A stretch of 64,000 nucleotides of DNA from Podarcis bocagei. Its lineage: Eukaryota. This document shows positions 22,288 to 34,500 of the stretch, piece by piece. Position 1 is the stretch's first letter. Every line of letters starts with the position of its first letter. The notes under the pieces are model-generated. The model was not told the DNA's origin. It saw only the letters and a list, made by a program, of their open reading frames with translations, and ran no database searches. Made by a program: the position numbers and the translations under genes. The stretch is from NCBI GenBank assembly GCA_964188305.1, contig OZ076898.1. One strand, given 5' to 3'.

Positions 22288-22712
22288 AAGGATGCTGGAA
22301 TGAAGCTATATGGCTTTAGCAGAAATGTAATAAAGAATTAAGTAAAAACTGATTGATAATGGGCCAAAATGGAAAAATTTAAGGTTAGACCGTTAAGATA
22401 AATTATAGAACAAAAATTGAGAAAGATGGAAAGAATTTGCTGAAATAGCTAATTGAACTAGAATACAAAAAAGGGAGGTGTGAGGAGGTCAATGAAACAA
22501 GTAAATGAAAGGTAAAGATATGGAATATTGGATGTGTGTTTTAATGTTTTTGTTTCTTTTTGTTGTCTTGTTGTATTGTTCTTCTATGTTTTTCTTTTTA
22601 TGTATTGTAAGGTATGTTCTGTTAAATTTTCTATTGTTTTCTTTTTTCCTCTTTTCTGTAATCTTTAAACTTCTAATAAATATCATTTTTTTAAAAAAAA
22701 AAAAAACCACAC
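20369..22712 (+). mobile_element. 5'-truncated L1-clade LINE with poly(A) tail
   Basis: 16-bp TSD CAATAATATCTTATGT at 20353-20368 and 22713-22728; AATAAA and A-tail; RT and C-terminal Cys motif. Confidence 0.92.
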
Positions 22713-22894
22713 CAATAATATCTTATGTCCTTTAGAGGAGAAATTGTGAATTGCAGAATTTTAAATACCCGTCATCATCCTTGGCTTCACTCAATTTCGT
22801 TTATAACAGTCTTCCATTTTCTTCTAGTTGTGAGGGTGGGGGGTGGGGCGTAGCCTAGGGCCTCTCTTCATCTAAATCCGGCCCTGAGTGGCAG

Positions 22895-23102
22895 CCTTAC
22901 TATGGAATGCCCTCCCTTCAAATGTTAAGGAGATAAAGAACTACATAACTTTTAAAAGACATCTGAAGGCAGCCCTGTATCTGGAAGTTTTTTAATGTTT
23001 GATATTTTACTATGTTTTATATATGCTGTAAGCCGCCCAGAACGGCTAGGGAAACCCAGCCGGATGGGCAGGGTATAAATAATAAAATTATTATTATTAT
23101 TA
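22895..23102 (+). mobile_element. L2 LINE 3' fragment, right part with (ATT)n tail
   Basis: Continues the L2 sequence exactly after the hAT TSD. Confidence 0.8.
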
Positions 23103-24405
23103 CTAGCCTGAATTGCCATTTGTTGCACTTCAGTTTTAAAGAGCGGGTTTTCGCAGGGAAAGCTCTGGGTTATTCACGGAAAATACTGCCACCTGAATTT
23201 CAGTGATGCCACCACAGGGGGCAGCCATATATTGATTCCAGCAGTTCCATACAGAAGGGCTTTATAAAAGAGGCATCAGTTTGATGAAGTAGACTCCAGT
23301 TCACAAAAGCTTGCACCGTAATAAATCCATAAGGTGTGACTCCTTGTTAGTTTTCCTTATATTACATTCTGCCCGACTGAATTGTCATGTGCAAAGTCTT
23401 GTGCAAGCTGGGCTGGCAGCAGTAGGGGTATGAAGTGGAGGTGAAATGTACATCCAAGTGCACTTGTCTGTCAAACCTGCTGTAACTTTAGTGAGCTATG
23501 CATTCCCCAGAAACAAAGGAACATGTATCTTTACCTGAAACCATTCTATGGAACCAGGACAAGAATTAGCCCGTATATCTTTCTTCTTTTTCTACAACCT
23601 TGGATTACGTTACATGATCAGTTGCTATCGTGATTCTGGTTGGACTAGATCCTGTTGCTGGCTTCTGCAAAAGGAGCAAGCGAGTCTGCACTGTTTTCTT
23701 GCAGCCTTATTTCTTGAGGAATGGGGTTGAGGGGAAGCCCCATGCTGGCAATGTACTGATAGCAAATGAGATTAAATAAGCGCGGCAGCTCACTGTCATC
23801 TCCCCGCCTTCCCCCCGGTGTAATTCAATTCAAGCGCGAGCGGTGATGGGAACTCACACGGGCTGCCTCTGTCACCCCCGCTGAGGTTTGGAATCTTTTA
23901 ACGTCTAAATAAAAGTTTCACTCAAGCATTTTTTATGCTCCTGCCAGCGGGATCGGCGAGCTGGCGTTGGGCACATTAATGTTAATATTCATACTGGCAG
24001 ATTTCTCCCCGTGTACCAGGCCTGTGTTGGTAATTATAAATGTGCGCTGCAAGATGACATTTAGATTTGCGGGCTTTAACACAAGGGGAGAGGGGGATGG
24101 GTTTCAATAAAGAGGCACACTTTAGTATTTGTCATTTATGCAAAGCTGGCCTTACCATGAGGCAGGCCAAAGACGCAGCCTTAGGCAGGAGATAGAGGCA
24201 TAGTCTGAAAAGGGATGAACTATAGACAGCTATAAAAATCTGCTCTGCCTTAAATTTGAAATGGAGTGGTGGTGGTAGGGCGTCTCCTTCACTTTAAGAG
24301 TGGCTGGTCTTCAATAGCGCTTGTGCAGGGGACTGTTGTGACCAGTTCAGGCACCACTCTGACTGTGCTGATTACTGGAGGCAACTGTGAAATTTTCTGC
24401 AAGTA

Positions 24406-24631
24406 CCGTATTTTTTGCTCTATAAGACTCACTTTTTCCCTCCCAAAAAGTAAGGGGAAATGTGTGTGCATCTTATGGAGCGAATACAGGCTGCACAGCT
24501 ATCCCAGAAGCCAGAACAGCAAGAGGGATCGCTGGCTTCTGAGATGCAGAATATTATTTTTTCTTGTTTTCCTCCTCCAAAAACTAGGTGCGTCTTATGG
24601 TCTGGTGCGTCTCATAGAGCGAAAAATATGG
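24406..24631. mobile_element. pogo-like MITE
   Basis: TA + CCGTATTTTTTGCTCTAT ... ATAGAGCGAAAAATATGG inverted ends. Confidence 0.7.
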
Positions 24632-24814
24632 TGCTTGGTTTCCAGGAAGAGGAAGAGTCCACTTTTAGCCCCAGTGCTATTTCTGTTTCCCACACTTCCG
24701 CCAGAAGAGGGTGGCAGTTAGACTCAGGTGATAGTAGGAAAACGGAGTACACATTTCAGTACAATCTCTATGGCCCTCTTAATGATTATATAGGCCCCAG
24801 TTGTTCTAGTTTTA

Positions 24815-25046
24815 CAGTGGTACCTCGGGTTACATATGCTTCAGGTTACAGACGCTTCAGGTTACAGACTCCGCTAACCCAGAAATAGTACCTTGGGTTA
24901 AGAACTTTGCTTAAGGATGGGAACAGAAATCATGCTCCAGCTGTGTGGCGGCAGCGGGAGGCCCCATTAGCTAAAGTGGTGCTTCAAGTTAAGAACAGTT
25001 TCAGGTTAAGAATGGACCTCCAGAACAAATTAAGTTCTTAACCAGA
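24815..25046 (+). mobile_element. Tigger-like MITE with truncated 3' end
   Basis: CAGTGGTACCTCGGGTT start; same family as the copies at 32045, 42256 and 57430. Confidence 0.8.
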
Positions 25047-27033
25047 TAGTCAGCCCTGCTCCACCAAGTGCAATGCAAGCTTTCATGTTCATATCCTCTA
25101 CAGCTTACTTGGGGGGCAGGGGACTGAGCACACCTAATAATGTATTGGTTCTGTTGTAAGCTACAGGGATATCTACATGAGGTAGCCCAGGCAGAGGCTA
25201 TGTTTATCCATTGGATGCATCAGCATTCACATTGTCTAATGTTGCTGTTGCAATTTTTTGGATTCCAATGGCAAAGATAGAATTTGAATCAGGATTTCCC
25301 AGACCCAAGCACTTACTTTTTTCACTCAATCCCACTGGCTTGGGGCATTTGCTTCCATTGAATCAAAAGCAGTAATAGCAATGGTGGGGCTTAGGCCTCA
25401 CTGCTTAGGCCTCTGCCATCTTCATCTGGCTAAAATCCTTGGTTTTTAACCCACTACTACTAATCTGGGTGCTTTTCCAGTGACTTTCCTAGGATTCAGC
25501 TTCTGTGCCTGCTCATCATTCCTACCTCTTTCCCTACCTTCCTGCCAAGAGAACATAACCCTTGCTATGCCATATCCTCATGTGAGGTTTGTCCTAACCA
25601 AGCTGATATTTCCTTTTCCTTAGAAAACATGTATTAGTTGTCAGCATTCTATTTGCTGACATCCCAAAAGGTGAGAATGCTAGTGAGCATGTTTATGGGC
25701 AATATGACTTTTTTAGCCTGTTCAGTAAGGAGCAGGTAAACCACACTGAACACTGCAGAAAAATCCACAATAACAACCCTAAACAGATAGCAGTGGTCAC
25801 TAGCCAGTCTAGCCATTCCAACCCCTTGTAAGAGAGTCTTCCAAACACATTGACTATAATATGCCTAGTTTCCTGGGAGAAGAGATACAGTACTTTGCAG
25901 CCTTTTCCTTTGTACTTTGGTACCCAATCCTGAATGTGGACTGCTGCTTGCACATCTGGGGGGAACCTTGCTCCTTAAGATAGGGTTAAACACTGAATTT
26001 TTCACTTAGGGAAGAAGAAAACAATAGCTTATTCTTTCCCCTAATAAAAAAGCTTAGAACGGGACAGGGTGGGGTGGAATTCTGCACAAATGAACTCTTA
26101 TGTTTGGCTGCTGCAGTTGTGTCTCACCTCACCTCGAGACACATTTGAAAGGATTTATGTCCACCCCCAGAGTTTTGCAGAGTCATAAAACTCCAAAATG
26201 AAAATAGTTCTGTGAAGGAAGAGAGGAGTAGGGGAGGGAAAATTTGACAACATGGATGAATTGGCATGTTAAGAGAGAGCCGCTTAGCAAAACAAGAAGG
26301 AACCCCCTTCTGGTAAGGGATTCATACTTAAAAAGCTGCTGAACATGGCCACTGGGGAGATGATCAGTAGCACTTTTAGATAGGCGGGTGGGGGAGAGAT
26401 TCAATATAAATTAACTACTGCATGGAACATTGCCAAGCTTCCACGGGAGTCTGGTGCGCTCACTAGACTGGCAGCACGCTCCAGAGGGTGGAATTCTTGA
26501 CCTCCCAGGAGTTTGGGAAGAAGATGCTGATCCTTGTGGCCAAGATGGTGTGTGTTAGACAGATTTTGGAAGCATCATGTGTTTGCTTTATTAACACATC
26601 TAGGTCCAGGGTTTCTTTTCCTGCTCACCATGTGTTCATTCGTCATGAAATAAACAGAAGCAAACCTATTACAGAGACATGGCCAAATGTGAAATGTGGG
26701 GATAGCTAGACATGAAGTTATTTTGGCATCCCACTTCCCTGCATAGTGAGAAATTCCAAAACCAACCCCAAAGGGTTGTTTCCTTGTGAAGACAAAACAC
26801 CAGGTGCTTGTAGTGTTTTGCATCATGTAATGTTTGTAGTGTAGCTTTTTGTGATATTTAAGAATAAGTAAATTGAGCATGGGGTAGCAAAGAGGTACAC
26901 AGAAACCCTCACTCTATCTTGTGTCTCTTCTGCATATTTTATTTATCAGTCTTTCTGTTTCATTTGGTCTTTTTTCATTTTTTGCTCATTTGGTTTTTCT
27001 TTTTTCATTCTGTAATCATGGCTATACCACTAT

Positions 27034-27346
27034 AGAGCCAGTGTGGTGTAGTGGTTAAGAGTGGTAGACTCGTAATCTGGTGAACTGGGTTCGCGTCTCT
27101 GCTCCTCCACATGTAGCTGCTGGGTGACCTTGGGCTAGTCACACTTCTCTGAAGTCTCTCAGCCCCACTCACCTCACAGAGTGTTTGTTGTGGGGAAGGA
27201 AGGGAAAGGAGAATGTTAGCCGCTTTGAGACTCCTTAAAGGGAGTGAAAGGCGGGATATCAAATCCAAACTACTACTCCTCCTCCTCTTCTTCTTCTTCT
27301 TCTTCTTCTTCTTCTTCTTCTTCTTCTTCTTCTTCTTCTTCTTCTT
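27034..27346 (+). mobile_element. tRNA-derived CORE-type SINE with (TTC)n tail
   Basis: A box TGGTGTAGTGG, B box GGTTCGCGTC, CORE-like GGGTGACCTTGGGCTAGTCAC. Confidence 0.8.
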
Positions 27347-28939
27347 GATTTCCCTGCACTGGTTTCCTTTATTGTTTTGTATAACATTTTAAATTTATTC
27401 TTTTAAACTTTTAAATCCCCTCCTGTTCTTGTGCTTTCTTTATTCATCTGCATTGCTTTCTTTCTGTTCTCTTCTTTGATCTTTCAGGTCATCAAATACT
27501 AATACTCTGATTAAACCTCCATTCCCTTGTGCTTGTCTCTATGTCTTCTCTCTCTTGGCTCCTTGCGGATGGAACTCTCTCCCTCTCAATATTCAGCTGG
27601 CCTCTTTTGTTTCACTTGAAGATTTTATTAAAAACTTATCATTTTTCTCTTGCATTTCCCTCTTGATGTCCATTTTTTTCTTATTCTTTCCTACTTCTTG
27701 ATTATTATGCTCTTTCTTCCTTCCTTCCTTCCTTCTTTCACTCTCCATACCACGTAATATAAATGTTTTCTGTTTCTCTCCCTCTTGTTTTTATTGTGAG
27801 CTGCAAGCAAGGACTTGTGTTTTTCTTTTTCTTTTTTTACAACGCCCAGTGGTGCAGTTAGGTAATTTTAGACTCTGGCCTTAATGGTCTTATGGAGGGG
27901 TTGCTCTTTAGATGGTAATGTGTATTAGTTTACTTACTTCAAAATGTGATAAGACAGCCCTGCTGTGTTCAGGAGGCTGTCTTTCTCATGCTGCTGAGTG
28001 GGGCCCTGGACATCTGCCCCCCTGAGGGGGCCTTGTGTATATGACACACCTTTCTATATCTAAAAAAACACACACAAAAAGCATGAAGAAATGCACACCT
28101 AGATAGAAACAAGTTTCACCCTACCCGGCAGTTAGATTCCACTTTTATTTCTTGCTCTAGAACATAAACAAACCACCAATTACCACTGCAGAACATCTAT
28201 CGCCAGACTAACTTCTTAGTCTTTGGAGAATACTCTGTCTGCTAGATTGGTCAGAGTTTGAAAGAGTAGTTTGCCACACTGAGCCCCTCCCATGTGGCCA
28301 AGTTTCTCATAAAAGGTTCGTGCCATCAGTGTTGAATGTTCTGGGACTCAAGAGCCCCAACCAGCATGTTTAATGGGCAGGGATGGTGGGATTTATAATC
28401 CAACAACATTGACCACTCCTATAGCATTACATACACATGCATACATTTACTATATATTCAAAAGGAGAGATGTTGCATTTAAGTGCAAGTTATCATTTTT
28501 GTCATTCATACATGTGAAATTCTGTGGACTGTTACAGTGGCTAAAAGTGCTTTAAATGTACTTTGTGGTTTCACTCTTTCTGAATTTTAATGGAAAATAT
28601 TCGCTGGGTTTTCTCTAATTGCAGGAACATTCCTAAAACATAATCTCTCAATATTTTCATCTATATATTGTAATTGGCACTCAATATTAGATAGTAGAAT
28701 TTGATAAGTGGCATTTGTTAAATAACAGGCAGTAAGTTGACAATATGCACATTGAGTTTTTATATCTGAAGCCTTCCAAGATCAAAACAGTCAAGAGTTT
28801 AAAGCATTCCAATTTTGAGTTTTTAAAGTCACGTTCTGAATGCAAACTCAACTTTTGCTTCAAAATGCATCACTCAGAAATTTGGATAATGATGAGAGCA
28901 GCTAAGCCAATAAATGGCCAGGCAAGTACTTGAGCCAAA

Positions 28940-29525
28940 CACCTCGCCAGAGTGGTGCAATCTCTGGTTATCTCCCGCTTGGACTACTGCAATGCGCTCT
29001 ACGTGGGGCTACCTTTGAAGGTGACCCAGAAACTACAACTAATCCAGAACGCAGCAGCCAGACTGGTGACTGGGAGCGGCCGTCGAGATCATATAACACC
29101 GGTCTTGAAAGACCTACATTGGCTCCCAGTACATTTCCGAGCACAATTCAAAGTGTTGGTGCTGACCTTTAAAGCCCTAAACGGCCTCGGTCCAGTATAC
29201 CTGAAGGAGTGTCTCCACCCCCATCGTTCTACCCGGACACTGAGGTCCAGCACCGAGGGCCTTCTGGCAGTTCCCTCACTGCGAGAAGTCAAGTTACAGG
29301 GAACCAGGTAAAGGGCCTTCTCGGTAGTGGCGCCCTCCCTGTGGAACGCCCTCCCACCAGATGTCAAAGAGAACAACAACTACCAGACTTTTAGAAGACA
29401 TCTGAAGGCAGCCCTGTTTAGGGAAGCTTTTAATGTTTGATGTATCACAGTATTTTAATATTCTTTTGGAAGCCGCCCAGAGTGGCTGGGGAAGCCCAGC
29501 CAGATGGGCGGGGTATAAATAATAA

Positions 29526-29577
<52 letters not shown>
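28940..29577 (+). mobile_element. L2 LINE 3' fragment with (ATT)n tail
   Basis: Encodes LVISRLDYCNALYVGLP..LQLIQNAAARLV..HITPVLKDLHWLP, the L2 ORF2 C-terminus. Confidence 0.88.
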
Positions 29578-29578
<1 letters not shown>

Positions 29579-31223
29579 TTAGATCATGCAGTGCAGCCAC
29601 TTGCGGCAGCAAGGTGCCTTGGATAAGCTTTGCTGCTGTCACCACAGCTCTCTAGGTTGGGCCCCCTGGTTTCCTAGTTTGGACACTGAGAAATTGGAAG
29701 AATTAATTGACTCTACATTTCCAGCTTTCAGCTAATTAACAAGAAATATAAGCAGCCTAGGCAAAAGGTTATGTAAATGTCTGAGAAAGGGTGTAAATCT
29801 CTGGCTGAGGCAGACTGCAGATCGATTCACAGGTCCAGGCTTGATGTGCCAAGATGTGTATTAAATGCATTCGCAGTGTGAAGTGGGCTGTATTGTGAAG
29901 TGAGAGTGTTTTCACTTCATAATGCGTACAAAACCCAACACGGGGCTGCTGCCAGAGCCAAGATTCACTCAGATTCAATTTTTATTACCAAATCTTGGGA
30001 AATGTGAAATAATAACAACAAAGAGAACATCTCTGAAGATTTACAGAGCACATTTTCCTAAACCACTGAAAAACTGCAGGCACACACATGGGATGAGAAA
30101 GATTCTCCAGAGTAAAGGGTGCAACTGCCATGTAGGTTGCAGCTCTAGCAACTTATACATAGTTACAGCTGGACACCTCCAAGGGTAGAGGTTTTGTGGA
30201 GCCCCTCAGACATGGATTGCATTTGGAACTGGATGCACATTAAGCAATGACAAAGTTATATCAACACATATTATCCCATCACAATGAATGTCTCCATTTG
30301 GTTGTTTATGTCTGCAATCTTATACCCTCATACCTGAGAGTGAGCTCCACTAAATTCACTGGGATTTACTGCTGAGACTACATGTATGGGATTGTGCAGC
30401 TATCCCACAGTGACAACTTTTATGGGTTTGAATACTCTGTTTATTTCTGGTTTGCTTTTATATACCATCATGTGTTTTTATATTTCTGTTTACTGGTTTT
30501 AGGTTTAATGTTTTGATGATATATTGTTTAACTCTGCTTAGGTATGTTTAAAGTATCAAGTGGTATACAAATGCTTTTCAATAAATGAATAAGCTTGTCT
30601 AAATAGGCTTTCCAAGCAAGTTCAGCCTGGACTGGGATTTTACCACATACACAAACATGCACACACACACAATGTTCAAGACCAAATGGAAGTGGTAGGT
30701 CATCTCCCTATGCTGGAATCCAAATTTTGTATCTCACATAGCTGGAGGTTGTGTGCACATCACCGGCTTAAAACACAGCTAGGTCATTCCCCCCCCCCCA
30801 ATTTAATTGAAGCTGATTTGGAGAAAAGCTCAGTATTTCAAAAGGAATGACAGGATATATACAGGATAGATATAGACTAGGGCTAATGTGTGCATACTGC
30901 TTCCCAAACCAGCCATGGGACAGTGCTGGATGCAGAATAAACAAGAGTGTGTATATAGTCAGAGATGTAACATTGGCATAGTACCAACCAATATGATTAA
31001 TTTGATTGGCCCATGCCTCCCTTACTGACATGATACAGAGCCCAGCCACATGAAAGCTGTTTGGCAGTGACTGCCTTTTCCATCACATATATAATGGAAA
31101 TTGATGATAATTGTGGGTGTAGTTTGATTTAAATACTACTGATTTCCTTGATTTTGTTGTCTTGGAAGATTCCCCAAGCATAATTTTCCATGCTTACTGA
31201 GATTTTGTTTTTGTTTTTTTAAG

Positions 31224-31301
31224 CCGAGAGCAACTTGCAGAAGGCCACTCAAGAGCAAGGAGGCATTCTAAAACAAGGTTACTTGGAAAAGAGATCCAGA
31301 G
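31224..31301 (+). CDS. SKAP1: SKAP1 coding exon, start of PH domain (ESNLQKATQEQGGILKQGYLEKRSR)
   Basis: T-rich acceptor ending aag, donor gtaaaa; 78 bp, phase 1-1; KQGYLEK matches SKAP1 rather than SKAP2 (KAGYLEK). Confidence 0.92.
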
Positions 31302-32044
31302 GTAAAAATCTGCCAAACTAATCTTCACAGCACCTGCTATTGATTTATCCATTCATAATCCATCCCTATGCTGTCCATCTGTTGAAAATTTAAAGCCCTC
31401 TGGGCAGACACTGTGGGCAGCTTCTCATCCACCGATTTAGATGTTAGGAAAAGTGTCCAAGTGAAAAATGCAGATGTGTTGTATCAACTACGGAAGGTAC
31501 ATGTACTGTATGTATATATGTATTACTTGCCTGTTACTTGCCTCTGAAATACTGTTAGGAACATATATCTGATTATACTTTTGTTAAGCAGATTACTACT
31601 ATTGGCCCAGAAGGATCAATGAGATGCCTCTTAATGGATGCCAGTGATTAGGAAATAGTTTGAGATTTTTCTGGAATGGTCTTAATTAAGAAAGCCATCA
31701 GTCTGGAGAAGGTGTTGCCTTCTCCTGCTAAATGAAGGGGACATGTGAGGTAGTAATAAAAGTGATTTTGTAACAGATAAAGACAGAGGGGACAGAATTA
31801 GCCATGCTGCTCTGCCCCTAGAATATCTCTCACAAGTAGAGTGTGCCTTATTCTTCCTCAGAGGCCACCTACAAACATTTTGAAAACAAAAGTAGCATAT
31901 ATACTAGTGTGCTCTTCATAGTTGACATGTGCATTTTGAAGTTGATGGCAATTTTTTAATGTGAATTTGCTCATAGTCCTTGTCCAGAGGGCTTCCAATT
32001 TATTTTACATAGACAAAGTGGTTGTGTCTCTTATGTTGTCTATA

Positions 32045-32275
32045 CAGTGGTACCTCGGGTTACAAACACCTTGGGTTACAAACACTTCGGGTTACAGAAT
32101 TCGTTAACCCAGAAGTAGTACCTCGGGTTAAGAACTTTACCTCAGGATGAGAAGAGAAATCATGCGGCAGTAGCAGGAGGCCCCATTAGCTAAAGTGGTA
32201 CCTCAGGTTAAGAACGGTTTCAGGTTAAGAACGAACCTCCGGAACGAATTAAGTACGTAACCAGAGGTACCACTG
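32045..32275 (+). mobile_element. Tigger-like MITE
   Basis: TA-flanked CAGTGGTACCTC ... GAGGTACCACTG. Confidence 0.85.
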
Positions 32276-32442
32276 TACAGTGGTTGGCACATTGCTGGTA
32301 CAAAATACTAGTAGTATTAGTAGTAGTAATGCCCTCTGATTGATGTAGAAGGCACATCTTGGGATACCTTTTATGGATGAAGAGACACTCCTTTTCCTAT
32401 TCTTCTCCTGTTACCTAGCACCTTCTTCTTTCTTCTTCACAG

Positions 32443-32526
32443 ACTCTAAAATATTTGGCTCTGAGTGGCAGAAGCGATGGTGTGTCCTTGACAATATGGC
32501 CTTCTACTACTTTGCAAATGAAAAAA
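32443..32526 (+). CDS. SKAP1: SKAP1 coding exon ([28 protein letters not shown])
   Basis: Polypyrimidine tract plus cag; donor gtatgt; 84 bp; [11 protein letters not shown] is a SKAP1 PH signature. Confidence 0.95.
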
Positions 32527-32611
32527 GTATGTGGTACTCCTGACACATGTACACAGCCATATCCCTTCAGTATTTTCACTGCACTATCCAGATACATTGG
32601 GAGGGAGGGAG

Positions 32612-32665
32612 GGAAGGAAGGAAGGAAGGAAGGAAGGAAGGAAGGAAGGAAGGAAGGAAGGAAGG
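32612..32665. repeat. (GGAA)n microsatellite
   Basis: Direct reading; about 85 bp downstream of a SKAP1 exon. Confidence 0.9.
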
Positions 32666-34260
32666 TTCTGTTAAGCTTTCCCTCAATCCTGATTTCATGT
32701 TCGTTGGTCCCCAGAATGGAGGGACAGCAGGTGAAAGTTGCCTGAACTCTGGTGCATCTCTGAAGCTCCTTTGTTCCTCAGTATTGCTTTCTAAACTTAA
32801 TTTAGATATTGTCCTCAGTCTTCCTCCATGAAGCTCCGAGGCACATACAGAGGGTTGAGCTCATTTTATCATTGCAGCAGCATTGTTGCAACCCTGCCAA
32901 TGGGTCCTGCTTGGCATCTGCTTGGCCACAGAATAGTGGACTAGATGGGCTACTAGCTCTTCTTACATTCTTATTGTGAGGTAGGTTAGGCTAGGATAAT
33001 TGCTTACTAATGAGCTTCAACCAATCAGGGATTTAAACCTGGGTCTCTCTCATCCACATGTAACCTTCTAAGCAGTACATCACAGTGGCTCTTCCAACTG
33101 GATGATAAATTGCCCACCAGGCAGTGTGGGAATCTGCCATTTAGATGCAGCCTTACGAACGGAGAACAGAGTCTGGTTGTATTCCAACACCCTTGTCAGT
33201 AAAGAATGAGGGAAAGGAGAAATACGGACACAAGGCCCTGTGTAAATAAAGTACTGCCCATTTTCCCCCCATTAGTTGTCAGGCGGGCTTTAACCCTCCC
33301 CTAAGTGACCATATATAATCTATGTGTCAGCATGTATAAATATTTTTCAGTTATGCTCCATCAGATGCATATAAACAGGAAGCTAATACTTCCAACCAAA
33401 TTTGGCATGCCTAGATAGATGGGCTACGATTATACTGTGCCTCCCATCCAGGGAGATTGAATGCAGAGCAGGTAAAAAAAATATACAAGAAGAAATAGAC
33501 GATAGAGGGGACAGCATTAGGAGTATTCAGAGCTGGAGGAGGACTCAATAACAGGATTTTTTCCCAGCACAATTCAAGGGATAATGGACACTGGGGCTAA
33601 GTAAGCAATTATGTTTTGCAGTATTATCTATACATATACAATTCAAAGCAACCTCAATGTGGCAGTTGCAAGTTGTAGCATACATGCTGGGACTTAGGCA
33701 GAGTTCCATTTTATCTGTAAATTTTGCCAATGGTAAAGGGGATTTTCAATCACCAACATCAGCATCATACAGCAGTACTCGGATACCACATTTTGCCTGT
33801 TCAAAGCACTCCATGTCTTTCATCAGAGACATCCTTGCAACAACTGTGTAAGTTAGACCAATAATACCACTATATTACAAGTGGAAGGACTGAGGTCAAT
33901 ATATAGTGGCTTGCCACACTTGACATAATGGTGGCAGATCCCTGTGCAGAATTGAGTTTACTGCTAAACCCCAACACAGCACCAAGGGGAATATGTTCCC
34001 TTCTTCCAATGAGGCTCAATGACTAGAAGTAATATCCACTGTAGAAAATAATGCCTTTTTTAAAAAGCAGTTTTGGGACGGAAAATACAGACAGTGAAGC
34101 AGTTCAGGGCCTCTCTTCTGTCTGCCCACATGGCTCTTTCTTCCCACCCACTTTAGAGAGAATCTGGAAGACACAGGTTGGGTCTTGTATTGTGAAAGTG
34201 GTATCTGTAAGCAAGCTAGCAACTTGAAGTTTGCTGAATCATAATTACTGTATTATGCAG

Positions 34261-34385
34261 GCAAGCAACCAAGAGGCATGTTTGCCATTGTGAACTACCA
34301 TGCCCAGATGGCTTTCCACTTGCGCAAGGATTCTCGAAGAGATTGCTGCTTCGAGCTGACCTCTCCTGGTAAACGTACCTATGAG
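34261..34385 (+). CDS. SKAP1: SKAP1 coding exon (SKQPRGMFAIVNYHAQMAFHLRKDSRRDCCFELTSPGKRTYE)
   Basis: cag acceptor and gtagg donor; 125 bp, phase 1-0; in frame with the neighbouring exons. Confidence 0.93.
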
Positions 34386-34500
34386 GTAGGTGTGTCCGCC
34401 CAAATGGCCAGAGTTTCCAGCCAAGGAATTCTGCTTAGTGCTAGTTGAAAGGAGAGAGTGGAGACAATGGAACCCTAACCCCTTGGCCTCTGAAGACTCC

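Larger units (their letters stand above)
18331..22886. mobile_element. Non-autonomous hAT-type DNA transposon that hosts the L1 insertion
   Basis: TIR-like CAGTGCCAGAATTA / TAAATCCGGCCCTG; 8-bp TSD AGTGGCGG / AGTGGCAG; splits an L2 copy. Confidence 0.75.

Noticed and set aside
27034-27110. Apparent tRNA gene
   Set aside because: It is the A/B-box head of a SINE that continues into a CORE-like region and a microsatellite tail
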